This document shows, one piece after another, positions 33,568 to 47,413 of a stretch of 64,000 bases of DNA (positions within the stretch are counted from its first letter, which is position 1; each line of letters starts with the position of its first letter). Source of the DNA: Octopus sinensis (Eukaryota). The position numbers and the translations under genes are program-made. The DNA lies in the NCBI RefSeq assembly GCF_006345805.1, contig NC_043002.1, forward strand, positions 117,676,001 to 117,740,000, written 5' to 3'. The notes beneath the pieces were generated by a model. It made no database searches and was not told where the DNA came from. It was given only the letters and a program-made list of their open reading frames with translations.

Positions 33568-36356
33568 TTTTGGCCTGCCCGCCCAGCCAGTGGGATGGCG
33601 TCATCTTATGGCTAAAACAGCACGAAGAACGAAGAGAAAAGGAAAAGGGCCTCAGTACCCTGCACGTCAATCGGGCCACTCCATGACGGCGGAGTGCAAC
33701 TCAAGCAACGAGAGGCTGCTAAGAATCACAGGTTCCCAAAAGCCGTCATGGAACAGGACTAAACTTGCCATATGCACCTACAACTGCAGGTCTATGGCAG
33801 GGTGGCAAGAACTGAACCACCTAATGGAGGAGAGGAAGAAGATCAGGTGCGATGTGTTAGGGCTGTGCGAGACACGCTGGAAGAAGGAAGCGAGTATACG
33901 ATGGCAAGATGGATGCATTGTGAAATTAGGAAGAGCAGAAGGTGGTAGATCGGTCAGAGGTGGAAGAATTCTATCGACAACTAGACAAAGGGCTGGCTAT
34001 GAAGTCCACTTACACTGTCGTGATGGGAGACTTCAACACAAAGGTTGGACATGGACAACAAGGAGAGGAGTACGTCGGGAGATTTGGCATGGGAGAGAGA
34101 AATGAGAGAGGGGTACGTTTGGCTACCATGGCAGAGGCGAGGCAGCTCTACATCGGAAACAGCCTATTCAGGAAGAGGGAGAGGAAGAGATGGACTTGGA
34201 TATCGCCGAACTCTAAGCACCGAAGCGAGATCGACTACATCCTGGTTGATAAGCGACGCATATTGCATGACGTCTCCATCGTGATGCCATTCAACACTGG
34301 CAGCGATCATCGTCTGGTAAGGGCGAGGGTTGTCATCAACGAGAAGAGGGAGAAGATGGCATTATATTTGGCGTCGAAGGGAAAACGTGTCCCATCTACA
34401 ACGAGGCAAAGCTGCAGGAAGCCATCATGCAGGAAGACTGGTGCCAAGGAGACGACATAGACGATGACTACAACTCACTGATAGAGAAACTGAAGGAGTG
34501 TTTAAGGAAGGCTAAGGGAGTATGTCTAAGAGAAAAGAAGGGAAGAATCTCGGAAGAAACTACGAAGTTACTCAAGAAGAGGAAAAATATGAAGAGGACT
34601 ATTGAAGATCACCTTGAATATTCCATTCTCAGCAGAGTGATTCGTGAGCAACTAAAGAAAGACTTTGAGGCATACTGGATGGAGAAGCTCTTGAAGGCCG
34701 CAGAGGAAAAGAAGAGCCTCAAGAAATGCAAGAGGGACATGGTACTATATAGATCGGAGGTGACGGCCCTGAAAAATACAGATGGAATACCGGTCAACGA
34801 GAAGAGCGAGATGGAAAAAGTTTGTGAAGACTTCTACACCAAGCTCTTTAAGTCTACCAGAAATGTCCAGCCGTTACCACCACTCCAACAGGAAGAAAAC
34901 GTGCCACCTATCCTTGTCAGTGAGGTTGAAAGAGCCATCGGCTCGATGAAAAACGGTATAACATCAGAGGTGCTAAAGTCAGGCAGAGAGCAGCTCTGGA
35001 AAATCCTCGCTGAGCGATTTACGCACTATCTAGACGAGGGAAGAATTCCCTCGCAGTGGAAAGAGTCAAATACCATCCTGCTGTATAAGAAGGGCGACAG
35101 AGAAGATCTAAAGAACTACCGACCCATATGCCTGCTGTCTCATGAAGATAATTCTGAACAGGTTGTCACGTCATCTCGACGAACAACAACCGAGGGAGCA
35201 AGCAGGCTTCCGGAAGAACTACAGCACAATGGACCATATATTTGCTCTAACGCAACTGCTTGAGCAAGCAAATGAGTACAAGCTGCCTCTTTGCGTTGCG
35301 TTTGTAGACTATGAGAAAGCCTTCGATAGCGTCGAAATCAACGCAGTGCTGAACTCGCTGCAGAGACAAGGAATCGAAGCGCAATATGTGCAGCTGCTCA
35401 GAGAGGCAAATTCCGGATGCACCACCGACATAGCTCTACTGTCATCACCCATATGAGTGCCGGTCGAGAAGGGAGTGAAGCAAGGAGATACAATCACCCC
35501 AAAATTTTTCACTGCATGTCTCGAACAGATCATCAGAGGCATCAAATGGCAAGGTGGTATCAACATCAATGGCGAGCTCCTCACTCACCTGTTTCGCTGA
35601 CGACATCGTACTCATCGCTGAAAACACGGATCAGCTTCAGACCATGCTGATGGAGCTCGACATCAAAAGTTCTGCAGTCGGTCTCAAGATGAACCGCATG
35701 AAAACAAAGTTCATGCGGTCAGACAATGTACCAACAGGTCAAATGGTGATCGGCAATGATGAAATAGAGGAGGTGAGAGAATATGTCTACCTGGGACAGG
35801 AAATAAATATGTGCCGGGATATCAAAAAGGAGATCTCACAGAGAGTAAGGGCCGGATGGAAGGCGTTCAATGGCATAAGGGATGTGCTCAAGGGAAGGTT
35901 GGACAGGACCACCCACGCCAGCCTCATTAACAGTGCAGTTCTGCCTGCAATGTTATATGGTAGTGAAACATGGGCTACCACAAAGAGAGAAGAGCAAAGA
36001 CCGGTAACGGCTCAAAGAGCCATGGAAAGGTCAACGAGATCGTTGAGAGAGTACATCTGTAGCGAGATCATCAAAAAGAAGTCCGGCGTGAGAGATGTAT
36101 ACTCGCAGCAAGTATAGATGGGCTGGACACGTCGCCCGGCTCACCGATAATCGGTGGAGGCACGCAGTTGTCGAGTGGTACCCGCGTGAGCGGAAAAGAC
36201 CACCCGGAAGACCTCCACGACGGTGGAGTTACGATTTCAGGAGGACGATTGGGATCACGTGGATGAGAAAGGCGCGAACCAGAGAGGAGTGGACAGCCTG
36301 CTGTGACCAGCGGTGTCAAATGGACGCCTGACGGACTGGTCAGTCAAAGTGAAGTG
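33568..36356 (+). mobile_element. Near-full-length RTE-clade LINE (APE endonuclease + RT), inactivated by frameshifts
   Basis: TYNCRS, LGLCETRW, VMGDFNTKVG, SEIDYIL, SDHRLV; KNYRPICLL, FVDYEKAFDSV, QGDTISPK, FADD, KYRWAGHVARL..GRPPRRW over six ORF pieces; aagtgaagtga tail; probable TSD acatatata (33559-33567 / 36357-36365). Confidence 0.93.
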
Positions 36357-36371
36357 ACATATATACTTATA

Positions 36372-36589
36372 TGAGGGAGTGCTGAAAAGTTCCTGTATTT
36401 AAGGGTATCCTGAAAGACCTGGTTTGAGGCCCAACCTTCCAGCTACCTTTACAAGGCTTAGAAAAACTGAAGGACCACTGCAATAAGTGTGTGAATTTGA
36501 GAAGAGGAATATATTGAATAAAATTATAATTAACTAATCCTCCTGTGTTTTCTTTTACTCAAAGCCAGGAACATTTCAGCATCCCCTCA
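36372..36589. mobile_element. mariner-type MITE (218 bp)
   Basis: TIRs tgagggagtgctgaaaagttcctg / caggaacatttcagcatcccctca with TA on both sides. Confidence 0.8.
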
Positions 36590-37050
36590 TATGTATATAT
36601 CAGAGAAAATGAGAGATAGAAAAAGTGTGAGAAGCAGTTTGGTGCACCCTAACCCTAACCCTAACCCTAACTTTAAATCTTGTAAGTTTCTGAAAAATAT
36701 ATATTCATTTATGAAATTTTGCAGAGATAGATTTTCAACAGAAAAGATTGGGCTTATGTTGACCAAATTTATAAAAATGTACATATTTTTTGCAAATATA
36801 CAAATGAGAAATTTATTTTATTTAATTTTATTTCAAAGTAATGAATATATTTCATTTGAAGATTAGTACTCGTTTCATCATTTCATATAAGCACCAGAAA
36901 TTTGACACAAGTCACAACATAATTTTTGTATGTGTCTTATATTTCTTTATGTTATACCTGGTGGTTATAATATATTTCAAAGGTTACCTGTCACATGATG
37001 GGTAATACTCTATACTTGTATTTACATGTATATACATACACACACATATT

Positions 37051-37088
<38 letters not shown>

Positions 37089-37689
37089 TACATATATATA
37101 CATACATATACATATATGGATGAGGTTGTAGGCGTGGGCATGGCTGTGTGGTTAGGGAGCTTGCTTCCTAGCTATATGGTTTCAGGTTCAGTCCCACTGC
37201 GTGGCACTTTGGTTAGGTGTCTTCTGCTGTAGCCCCGAACCAACCGGAGCTTTGTGATTGAATTCGGTAGGCGGGAGTTACTGCCGTGTGTGTATGTGTG
37301 CGTATAGCTGCTCAGTGCCTCTCCGAAAAGAGAGAGAGAGGGTATGTATCTAGTATTATTTATTTATTTATGCACCCTTTTCAAGCCTAGCCAGGCTCAT
37401 GGGCCCTGTTTCCCGGTTTCTATGGCGTATGTATTCCCCCCAGCTGGACGCGACGCCAGTCCATCGCAGCGTTACTCAAGAAACAGGAATAAAAAGTGAG
37501 AGAAAGTTGGGGCAAAAGAGTACAACAGGGGTGGCTCCCCATCCCTTGCTGGAGCCTCATGGAGCTTTAGGTGTTTTCACTCAATAAACACACACAACAC
37601 CCAGTTTGGGAATCGAAACCGCGATCCTCTGACCGCGAGTCTGCTGCCCTAACCACTGGGCCAGTGCACCTCCATATCTAGTATACATA

Positions 37690-37925
<236 letters not shown>

Positions 37926-38807
37926 GACACAGGTGCACTATATTGGAAAATTATTATTTCAACTGAAATAGCAAAAGGTTTAACCGATGCATAGCCTATG
38001 TGTGTATATGTATACATATTTATATCTATATGTGTGTGTGTTGGTGTGTGTCTGTGTGTATGTGTATATATATATTTATGTATTATTCTCATACAAGAAT
38101 GTTGATCACAATGTCTTTGAAGTTTCAGTCAAAAATTCAAAGTCACCGTCACCAGCATTCTTGTATAAGAATAATAAATTTGTTCTCGACAAAAGTATAA
38201 AGTAACCAATTAGATTAATGTCAAATTGTTTTTAATATAACTGAACACTGATATATATACATATATATTTGAAGAAATATTTTCTTAAAATTTATCAACT
38301 CTTTAAAATATATTAGAAAAACACGTGTGTTTGAGAAATTCAAAAATAAAAGTGCTTACACACAATATGAAAACTTCCTTCAAAAGGGTTTGTGTCATGT
38401 TTTTAAACATTTTCTTAATAATTAATAATCATTAGTTAAAATATTTCTTCAAATATTGTGACTGTATAAAGTAATTTTTGCAAAACCTTTTAAATATATA
38501 TACATATACATAAACATTTAAAACAGCTTTCAGCTCTGTGCATTTTAAAATTTTATGCGCTTCTAACAGAAGCCCATCTCTTTCAGGCTTTAGATTACTA
38601 AATGAAAAGATACATAAAGTCCAAGATGGCTACTGGAAATAGGCTGCTATTGGCCAAGGCAGGCTACATGGTGCTTTCAGGGTAATACCTGTTGTTCAGC
38701 AATGGAAGTTCCTTTAGAAAGGGGGATTTCTTTGACTGCATGGCTGGGCAGGAAGCTGGTGGTGTCTAGATGTCTGGGTGCAGATTGTGTGTGTGTGTGT
38801 GTGTATT

Positions 38808-39060
38808 AAAAATGGGGAAGGTTGGTTTATGGGGTTACCATAGGTTTCCCGCCTGTAAAGGGTTTAGCTTTATGGCGTATCATCAGATCCCAAAAACCTA
38901 TTGGCCCAAGACACAGGATAGTTATATTCTTAGTGGAGTAGCTGAAAAGAGATTTTTAAGAGGTCTTGGGCCAACAGGTTTTTGGGATATGCCATAAAGC
39001 TAAACCGTTTATGGTCAGGAAACCTAAGGTAATCCCATAAACCGGCCTACCCCATTTTTA
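38808..39060. mobile_element. Palindromic MITE with ~100-bp imperfect inverted arms
   Basis: aaaatgggg...ccaagac vs gtcttgg...cccatttt read as reverse complements. Confidence 0.6.
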
Positions 39061-39429
39061 ATATATACTGCTCTATATCTTAGAGTGTGCTTCTTCATTC
39101 GGATTTATGTTTTCTACAAATGATATATATATATATATATATATACACCCAGTGCAATCAATATGATTGGTGTTAAGAAGAGCATATATATATATATATA
39201 CACACACATATATATGATAGATCGTTAACTCCTACACGCATTTTTTTCTCTCCTTGTTTTTTTTCTGTGTATCTTTCTGTCGAAGAGCGTAGGCTCAAAA
39301 CGTAAAAGACTTGTTCTATTTCTATTCCTGAGTGCCATACTAATACATTTGTTTGTTTGTACTCCACCTGCCTTTGTCTGTTGTTTATTTTCATAAACCT
39401 TCCCGTTATATATATATATATATATGTAC

Positions 39430-41060
39430 ATATACATCCTTCCCACTGCTGTCATTCGTGAAACAACCTACGACACTCAAGCGCTTTCAAAGTACATTGT
39501 TGAAAATGAGCCTAAATTACTTCTGGACCAGCTGCAGGCTTACAGAACTATTCTTAACAGTGTACGCCAACGCGAGGGACGAATCTTCTTCCTCGATGCT
39601 CCTGGAGGGACAGGAAAAACATTTATTACAAAGCTTCTCTTGCAGAAGTTAGGTAGCATCAGGACATTGCAGTAGCTGTAGCCTCCTCTGGCATTGCAGC
39701 TACTTTGTTACCCGGTGGAAGGACAGCACACTCAACTTTTAAACTCCCTCTCAATTTAGCAGCATCCGAAATGCCTTCATGCAACATCAACAAGTACTTA
39801 AAATGTGTTATGTAATTGTCTGGGATGAGTGCACTATGGCTCACAAGGGAGCTTTGGAAGCATTAGATAAGAGCCCTGAAAGACATCCGAGACTGTCAGG
39901 CTCCAATAGGAGGTGTAACGCTTCTGTTGTCAGGTGATTTCAGGCAAACTCTTCCTGTCATTCAGAAAGGCACTAGAGCTGATGAAGTTCAAGCATGCCT
40001 AAAGTCCTCTACCTTGTGGCATCATGTTACAATTTTTAGTCTCATCACTAACATGAGAGCTCAGCTACACGGCGACAAAATGTCCACAAAGTTTGCACAG
40101 GACATTTTGACACTTGGTGAAGGCGAGATGCTTCTCGATGCTGCAGGACAAATGGAAGTGTGGTCATTTTCCTCTGTTGTTAATTCTGTAGATTACCTCA
40201 AAAACAAAGTCTTTTCCAACTTCACACAAAACTACCAAAATCACAATTGGCTGTGTGAAAGAGCAATATTAGCTCCAAAAAACGTTGCTGTTAACAAAAT
40301 TAATCAACAGCTAATGCATTCTCTTCCCGGCACTATACACACTTACAAGTCTGTTCATACAATTCCAGATATAAATGAAGTTGTGAACTATCCTCCTGAA
40401 TTTCTCAATTCACTGGAGCCTCCTCGACTACCTCCACACATATTACCACTTAAAGTTGAAACTCCTGTAATGCTACTCCGCAATCTGGAACCACCAAGAC
40501 TTTGCAATGGAACACGACTGGTGATAAAGAAAATGATGTCACACGTTATCGAGGCGATCATTCTTTCTGGATGTGGAAAAGGTGATGACGTCTTTATTCC
40601 AAGATTTCCTCTTACTCCATCAGGAGCAGAAATTCTATTTACATTCAGAAGACTGGATTTCCCCCTTCATGTCAGCTTTGCCATGTCCATTAACAAATCT
40701 CTGGGTCAAACCCTCTCTGTAGCTGGTCTTCTTTTGGAAGAGCCCTGCTTCTTGCATAGGCAACTGTATGTTGGCTGCTCAAGAGTAGGAACCAAAAGAA
40801 ACCTTTTTGTATATGCTCCACAAGGAAAAACAAGGAACATTGTTTACAACGAGGTGTTATAATCTCAACAGCCAGGAGGTATATACATGATCCCCTTTTT
40901 TTTTAACAAACTTCATGTACTTTCATGTATTTATATTAATATACATATATTTGTGTGTGTGTGTGTGTGTATGTGTGTGTGTGTATCCATATATATATAT
41001 AACAGAAAAGTCTAATTCTTCTATTGAATGTAACCGGGCAACGCCGGGTATCTCTGCTAG
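39430..41060 (+). mobile_element. 5'-truncated Helitron carrying a frameshifted PIF1-family helicase gene
   Basis: DAPGGTGKTF (Walker A), VWDECTMA, SGDFRQTLPV, RLCNGTRL, FAMSINKSLGQTL, LYVGCSRV (ORFs 39424-39675, 39927-40862); 3' hairpin ccgggcaacgccggg and CTAG ending 41060 followed by T. Confidence 0.88.
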
Positions 41061-42102
41061 TATATATATATATATATATAAATATATATATAAACATACG
41101 CACATATATATGAGATGTGTGGATACAGATGTGTTATTGACTGTATGGGCATGCACGCGTGTGCGTGTGTGTGCATATATGTATGCATGTCAGTATATGT
41201 ATGCACATATATACGTGTGTATATATGTAAACATACATATATATGTGTGTGTATGTGTGGGTGTATCATCATCTTCATCTTTTATGCCTGCTTTCTATAT
41301 TGTAATGAGTTGGATGTTTGAGCAGGATCAGAGGATCAACCATATCTTGCTCTAATGTCTCAGTTTTGGATTGGTTTCTAAAGCTCTTCTGAACACCGAT
41401 CATATTGACTGCACTGGGTGTATTAGTCATGGCAAGGACACTAGTAATGTTGGCCTGCAACTTGCAAGACCAAAGTGCTTCTTTGATATAAATAGAGAAT
41501 AGGACACAGAGTGGTCATTTTATGAGACGTGTTGAAAAGTATGATGGGAGGAGCAGTAATAGGTTTGTTATTGTTGGGGAGATTCCTGGCTACCTTGCAC
41601 TTTACATGGATGGATGAGGTTGGATGGAGCTGTACCTGAAAAAAGGGAAGTATGTATGTGACAAGGTGCCAGAATGTATCCTCGTTAAGTTAACATGTCC
41701 GAAGAGGTGAATAGAAAAGAGCATGAGTATAGAAAAATCAGGGAGGATGGGTAAGGTTGCAAGAGTGTGAAAGGAGAGTGGGCGAAGGATATAAACGTTG
41801 GGTGGGTGTGATTAGCTGTACATAACAGATGAATGTAGAGAATATTGAACAGGGGTTGGTTGGCTTTAATTATAAGCTGGGGTGATGATGATAAGAATGA
41901 AGAACAGAGGGAGTAGTGACTGGCAGTATAAAAATGGCAGTAATTTTGGTATGTAATAAGTTTCTGCTGACATTACTCACAACAGCAGAATAATGAAGTA
42001 ATATTGTGTGCATATAAATACATATTACTGTTATACTCGGGGGTGGTCATATTTTGCCAATAAAATACACACAGTATATATTTGGTTTTCACTTCAGCTG
42101 TA

Positions 42103-42133
<31 letters not shown>

Positions 42134-42158
42134 TATTATTATTATTATTATTATTACT

Positions 42159-42189
<31 letters not shown>

Positions 42190-42502
42190 AATTTCTTTAT
42201 TAAAGCTCTTTCATTACACAAACTGTGACCTCTTCAGTGACTCTCTATCCCACATCTCCTCTTGTCTAAGAGGAGACATGTGGAATAGAGAGTTTGCTGA
42301 AGAGGTCACAAGATGAGTGATGAAAGAACTTTGACAAAGAAACTAAAATAAAAATAATAATAATAAAGCTGAAATGAAGACCAAATATACAGTGCATGTA
42401 TTTAATTGCCAAAATATGACCATCTCCAAGTATAACAATACCTGATTTCAACATGCAATTTCATATCAAGAATCTTGCATAATAAATACATAAACGTGTG
42501 TG

Positions 42503-42601
<99 letters not shown>

Positions 42602-42730
42602 ATATACATGTATACATTATAATTATATACACATATAGTCATATATATGCATGTGTGTGTATGCACATGTACACATATAAATATAAATTTCCAACTATTA
42701 AATGTTTTTTTTTCAAAAGGTACCAATTTT

Positions 42731-42939
42731 TCAAAGTTTTTTGTTGACTTCTAATTGAAACAGTTTTGATAATTTGTTGTATTCATCTGTATGATGGGTG
42801 AAAATACTTCGTATGAGGCCAAATTGCATACGAGGGAGCTGCACAACCACAGCAGATGATCCTACACATGTAAACCAGAGACATAGTTGACTTAAATCTG
42901 TGTTGCCTTTCTTTATTACCAGAGAATGAATTATTTGAC
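42731..42939 (-). CDS. Unidentified protein, predicted terminal exon
   Basis: Acceptor ttttttattttcag; phase 1 matches the preceding exon; (G)QIIHSLVIKKGNTDLSQLCLWFTCVG...LEVNKKL*. Confidence 0.6.
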
Positions 42940-43530
42940 CTGAAAATAAAAAAAAATTTTTAAAGAAAAAAAAAACCATTTAGTAGATTATTTACAGCAA
43001 TTAATAATTTGCTTTAAAAAATGAAATATTAACTACATTTTCCAATATACAAGTCAAATTTTTCAGGCCAAAATTTACAGTTCCCAAAAAGGTAAGGTTG
43101 ATTTACACACTAAGATGACTTTGGAGGACCAAAACTTCCTTGTGAAATGCAGCAGGATTTGGAAAGATAGGGACAATGTCTGAATGTTTGCATTATATGC
43201 TACATTGACTTGTATGCAAGAAGATAAAGTAACAAACTGTTTGGCAGTTAGTTTTATCCTACATACTGACATGAATTCTTCAGAACATCTATTACTCCAG
43301 TCAACTTAATCCTATGTCGTATTTTCAATTATTTTAATGTCTGGTCATAAGTGTCTAACAAAAGACACCGTAAGGAATTATTTAACTTGTTAAAAGTGGC
43401 AACCAAATCTCCCTCAAACCTTACTCTGCCGTTTTTGAAAAAGGAAAGACACATTGGTTAATGTAATCCAGTATGACAAATGAGATGGTCAAATTAAAAA
43501 AATAACCAAAAGTGAAATTAATTTACTTAC

Positions 43531-44121
43531 CTACACAGAGAATAGAAACAGAGAGTGACATCCAGTCAAAATACCGTAAATTACTTTCAACTTTCTTTGT
43601 TAAAATATCAGCTAATTGAATAGATGATTTCGACAAATATTTGAAAATTGATTTAATGTTTTTGATTTGCTCCATGATTTTGGATAACGACTGAATATTT
43701 GATGCTGTGTTTGTTTTGCAACAAACTTTTTCAACAGACTCCTCCAAGTGAAAGACACGCTTCTCTAAATCTTTGGCCATTGAAAGTAAATTTTTCATTT
43801 GATTGTGTGTTCTGCAACTGGCTGGAATAATTCCAGAGTTTAAAGCTTTTTTGCATATATTTAGGCAAACTATAATGTGTATAGTTTCAATTATAACTGA
43901 GATTGTATAATGAATGAATGAAGCTGAGAGAGTTAGATATTTTAAATTTCCAGGATTTGATAAATAAGTGTGAACATGGCCGAGAAAGTCAATCCTTCTT
44001 TGAAGCTCATTTTGGTTCTCCAAGTAAAATTTATCCCTTAATAACTGGAGGAGGTATTCATAGAGACATGCAATAGAATCTTTATAGTTGTCCCAAAGAA
44101 TAGTGTCTTTGTGGTCCAATG
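43531..44121 (-). CDS. Unidentified protein, 591-nt internal exon
   Basis: Stop-free 197 codons of non-repetitive sequence in AT-rich DNA; acceptor ttttatttatttgtag, donor g|gtaagt; phase 1-1. Confidence 0.75.
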
Positions 44122-44838
44122 CTACAAATAAATAAAACAAAATTATCATATTCATATAGCAGTGATTATTTTCAATAATATTTATCATTTTTTTTGTTCT
44201 TTTGTTTTCATCAGATTTCCAAGTACAGACAATTTTTGTATAAAAACTTGAAAGGTATCAGCTAAATAATTAATGTTGGCTTCTCTCCAAATGTGTAAAC
44301 AAGTAGCATTTTAGCTGCTTAATGTTTGGTTAGGTCATTATCCAGACATGTTGCTGGTGATAATCTATAGAACCACCATCTAGTCTATAATGTTATGAAT
44401 ATGCAGAAACATACTCAAATAGTTTGTATATTTAATATGTCTGACTTTCAATGCTTATACAAATACGGCATAAGTAAAGTTGTTATGTTTTTGGGAGGAT
44501 CATTTTGTCAATAAGAAGCACATGTACTGATTCTGTTTCACTTCTTTTTATTATTATTAGTCAACTAACATGGCGAGTTGGCAGAATTAGTTACAAAGTT
44601 AAAAAACAAAAATACTTGGCAGCATTTCTTCTGACTCATTATGTTCTGAGTTCAAATCTTGCCAAAGTCAATTTTACATTTTATTGTTTTGTGTTGATCA
44701 ATGTAATCAGCTAATACCTCTCGATAAATTGCAAGGCTTGTGCCAAAATTTGAAATCATCATTAGTAAAGACGGACACAATGCCAGTAAACATTTTGCTT
44801 GGCATGCTACCTTAATAATAATAAAACAGTTTGCTACC

Positions 44839-44876
<38 letters not shown>

Positions 44877-45102
44877 CCTTTCTACTGGAAGCAAAAGGCC
44901 TCAAATTTGTGGGGTGGGGAGTAGTTGGTTATATTGACCCTAGTGTTTCACTGGTACTTAATTTATCGACCCTGAAAGGATGAAAGGCAAAGTGAACCTT
45001 GGCAGAATTTGAACTCAGAACTTAGCGATGATCAAAATACCGCTAAGCATTTCATCTAGCACACTAACGATTCTGCCAGCTCACCATCTTAATAATAATG
45101 AC

Positions 45103-45151
<49 letters not shown>

Positions 45152-46162
45152 GCTCTGATACAGTACCAGGCAGTGACTTTCATGGCTTCTCATCTGGAAG
45201 TGTTATCATGTACATTGTTTTGTCTTGGTATAAAAGATGGGCTACAGCAAATATTCTGCTCAATACCACAGATTTGCTTGTCAGTTGTTTGACCTTAACC
45301 AGTTGAGCATGTCCCTTAGTGGCTGACGATATGTGCATCTCTGATCACAAGCAGAATTAGTGGGGGAGCATCATAGCCATGTGTTGAGAGGGATTCTTTG
45401 AGGTTTGGATAATTCACCTTTGGAAACATGGGTGGTTCTTTCAACATCCTTAAACAACCCTTATTCAGGGACCGTTTGAGCGGGATGGGCTACTCAACCT
45501 GAAGAAAATTCTAACTGGGCCCCACCTGCAAGGTCATGTGCTGTTTATCTTGATATGAGATCACCATGTTGCACACATATGGTTGTAGTGCATGTGCCTG
45601 GCATCAGACAGGTAGACATGATGGGTATACTGGGCTTCATATATTTTACCCCAGTGTCACTTTGATGGCATGCTCTGCTCTCTCACTCAATGATGATAGT
45701 AATTGGTGCACTTGAAAGTATCAGCACTCAACTACCAACATGGCTCAAAAAGATTGGTACAAATGTAAATGTAGAACACTGACAAAAATCATCATTGCTT
45801 GGAACTAAATGTCACCTTAGTCTGCTGGCTGTGGACAGCTGACACTTTCCATCATACCTAGCAAAATAGGCTGAGAGCTGTCATCAAAATAATAATAGTA
45901 ATAATAATAATAATTAATAATAATGATTTCAAATTTTGGTACAAAGGCCAGCAATTTCATGAAGGGGTCTAAGTTGATTACATTGACCCCCAGTGCTCAA
46001 TTGGTACTTATTTTATCGACCCTGAAAGGATGAAAGGCAAATTCAACTTTGATGGAATTTGAACTCAAAACGTAGCAACAGGCAAAATGCTTAGCTGTGT
46101 TTTAATGTAATTGGCTACGACCCTCCCCACTAATCTCAGGTTTTGTGCCTTTAGTAGAAAGG

Positions 46163-46194
<32 letters not shown>

Positions 46195-46783
46195 TGTTGT
46201 TATTATTATTAAAAGAAGTGAAATACAACCACTGTGTGTTTCTTTGGGCAAAATAACTCTCCCAAGATACAACAAAATATCTGTTAATGATTTAACAATT
46301 TATTTAATCACAAGGTCGCTTTTCAAATGACATCAGGAATAATTGAATGAAATCTATACTTGTACTATTTAAATGACTTTGAAAAGAAGAAAGACGGGAT
46401 GACCCCATCCCACTGAAGGATTTTAATTTAGATAAATAAGGTTTATAGTCAGATAATATACAGTCTGGCTTTCTACCATCTGTATTAACTTATTTAAACA
46501 TCTGTGAATATTAAACGACATTGTATAATCTAATATACTAATTGGTTTACTTTCTTTACTTTCTTAAACACCCTGAACACCCTGAATACATCTCACCTCT
46601 ATACATACACAATTAGGTCAGCTTATCACATATTTAGATGAATTAAAAAAAAAACTCAGAAAAACCAGCAAATTGGAACAAAATCTTATTGTTCCAGTGG
46701 TCAGTCAAGTTAAATAGTTTGTGAACACTGTAATTGTAAATCTAAAAGAATGTATCTGTATGTTTGTACAGCCATACATGTTA

Positions 46784-46833
<50 letters not shown>

Positions 46834-46837
46834 TGTG

Positions 46838-46921
<84 letters not shown>

Positions 46922-47185
46922 TTCAAGTTGCCTTTTATTAAGTTGACATTGGTAGGATATTTTTAGTAATCTAAATAATTTGTGGTATGATTCAGGGATA
47001 GTTTTGTAAATTCCGATATTTTGAATGAAGTCTGAAAATTGAAAACTGGTTAGAAAATGTTGTTTGTAATTCTAATCAGTCTATGAAAGAGGAACAGCAC
47101 CTACTTGTCATCAAAGTAGACCCAGATAAATATAAAAAGGAATATTCTGTGCTCAAGATATTGGGCAGTGTGAAAGTATAAACTA

Positions 47186-47413
47186 TTAATCCTTCAGCAT
47201 TCAGATTTCTCTGTCAAATGTAATGCTTATTTATTCATATTGCTTTGAATTTGTCATCTATTATCTTGTAGCTTTGATATTTCGATGATGTGATTGATTA
47301 TTTTAAGAATGACATTGTAGGGTAAGTATGAGAGACTGGATCTGGCTAGTTTGAACATACAGCTAGTAGAATATTTTGGCCTAATCTGGCTAGTTTAAAT
47401 GCTAAAGGGTTAA
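47186..47413. mobile_element. piggyBac-like MITE (related degenerate copies ~47455-47680, 62578-62740)
   Basis: TTAA at both ends; TIR-like tccttcagcatt / aatgctaaaggg. Confidence 0.45.

Noticed and set aside
36647-36670. (CCCTAA)4 as a telomere or healing scar
   Set aside because: Only four units and similar runs occur inside the repeat at 55806; most likely part of a dispersed element
43075-43272. Extra exon of the minus-strand gene
   Set aside because: No good phase-1 acceptor opens this frame and it ends in a stop; the flanking exons join in frame without it. An alternative short terminal exon from ttttgttag (~43352) remains possible but is unsupported
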